Assembly: GCF_026210795.1 (NCBI RefSeq)
Contig: NC_089430.1
Span: 3,410,001-3,474,000 of the forward strand
Direction: 5' to 3'
Length of the DNA: 64,000 nucleotides
DNA from: Rhizophagus irregularis
Lineage: Eukaryota
The notes under the pieces were generated by a model that was not told the DNA's origin, searched no databases, and saw nothing but the letters and a program-made list of their open reading frames with translations. Below, piece by piece: positions 63,315 through 64,000 of this stretch (position 1 is the first letter of the stretch; each line of letters starts with the position of its first letter). The translations under genes and the position numbers were made by a program.

Positions 63315-63866
63315 ATGAGCGAATCCAATAAAATATTAACTCCCGAATACCTAGATTGGCATGCCAAATTAAGTGGGCTACCAAGCGTTTTGACAGATAA
63401 AATTCGCTTCAAATTTTACAAAAGATATAAAAAAGAAACTGGATGTGAGCCATGGCAATTATCAGAAGATCGCCTTCTCATAAATTCGAAACCAGAAAAC
63501 AAAGTATCCTATTTAACTTCTCCTGAGCAATGTGAAGAAAAAGGGCCCATCACTTTCGAAGCCAGACCCGATCCAAAATTAATTATTAAGTCCGTCTTAA
63601 AGCACTTCCCATACTTGAAATTCGGAAATAGTTTCAGAGGGATTGATAATTATGATTTTACATCACCTCAGCCGTGGAGCTCACCATGTCCTATTTGCGA
63701 TGGAAAACATGGGAATTATGGATTACATGGCTCATGGTACTGCGAAAATGGGAATCAGTTCCCTTATGATCCTGAATTAGCGAAGTTGTATTTCCAGGAT
63801 AAGTTGGAATATTGTCTTACCTGCAATACTTCAAGCAATAAACTAAAGTTCGCAATTGTACTGTAG
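63315..63866 (+). CDS. Hypothetical protein with CPIC..H motif
   Basis: Intact 183-aa ORF. Its C-terminal half (ILKHFPYL...DNYDF...CPICDGKH) parallels the end of ORF 61547-63139. Confidence 0.55.
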   Translation: MSESNKILTPEYLDWHAKLSGLPSVLTDKIRFKFYKRYKKETGCEPWQLSEDRLLINSKPENKVSYLTSPEQCEEKGPITFEARPDPKLIIKSVLKHFPYLKFGNSFRGIDNYDFTSPQPWSSPCPICDGKHGNYGLHGSWYCENGNQFPYDPELAKLYFQDKLEYCLTCNTSSNKLKFAIVL

Positions 63867-64000
63867 CATAGGACAAAAACAGATCATGTGAAATCAATCA
63901 CCCGAAAAAATGTACTCATTGCCATGATAAATGCACTGCTGAAATAATAGGACTGTGCAAATTCCAAGGTAAATGAAATTTTGGTCATATGAGAATTTTT

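Larger units (their letters stand above)
50391..64000. mobile_element. Integrated virus/linear-plasmid-like element (right end outside window)
   Basis: Abrupt shift to higher-GC, CpG-retaining, gene-dense and mostly intronless DNA. Carries a primase-helicase, a tyrosine recombinase and small Zn-finger ORFs. It interrupts a TATACTTAAAA repeat array at 50220-50390. Confidence 0.65.

Noticed and set aside
50391..64000. Polinton/Maverick, Helitron or Starship assignment
   Set aside because: No pPolB, retroviral-type integrase, capsid, HUH-Rep/Pif1 or leading DUF3435 captain is recognisable in the visible portion.

Overview
AT-rich, intron-containing eukaryotic DNA, most consistent with an arbuscular mycorrhizal fungus (Glomeromycota, Rhizophagus-like). 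That assignment is inferred from composition, short GT-AG introns and the gene families present. Only one clear host gene is present: a spliced bHLH-ZIP transcription factor (Rtg3/MiT-TFE-like) at 19031-20626. Most of the rest is transposon-derived. (i) 1-17.5 kb holds decayed DDE transposase genes (P/THAP9-like, MULE-SWIM-RTC4, Zator-like) and many MITEs with readable TIRs and TSDs. (ii) 24.0-44.4 kb is a four-level nest: AGGACC-MITE > hAT > TA-MITE > [retro-array + MULE]. The retro-array is a full-length APE-RT-RNaseH LINE plus four ~1-kb tRNA-headed SINE-like units, each separated by the same ~17-bp target sequence. (iii) 44.5-50.3 kb holds foldback MITEs and a decayed SINE relative. (iv) From 50.4 kb to the window end lies a gene-dense, mostly intronless, virus/plasmid-like element. 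It begins with a perfect 60-bp palindrome and hairpin repeats. It encodes a PrimPol-type primase fused to a UL9-like origin-binding helicase, a tyrosine recombinase with a protelomerase-like R-K-R-H-Y arrangement, small Zn-finger proteins and Crinkler-like cargo. This last element is the best candidate for an undescribed system: an integrated N15-like hairpin-telomere replicon in a fungus. Protein family calls come from motif recognition by eye, not from database searches. Some frameshifts may be assembly errors.
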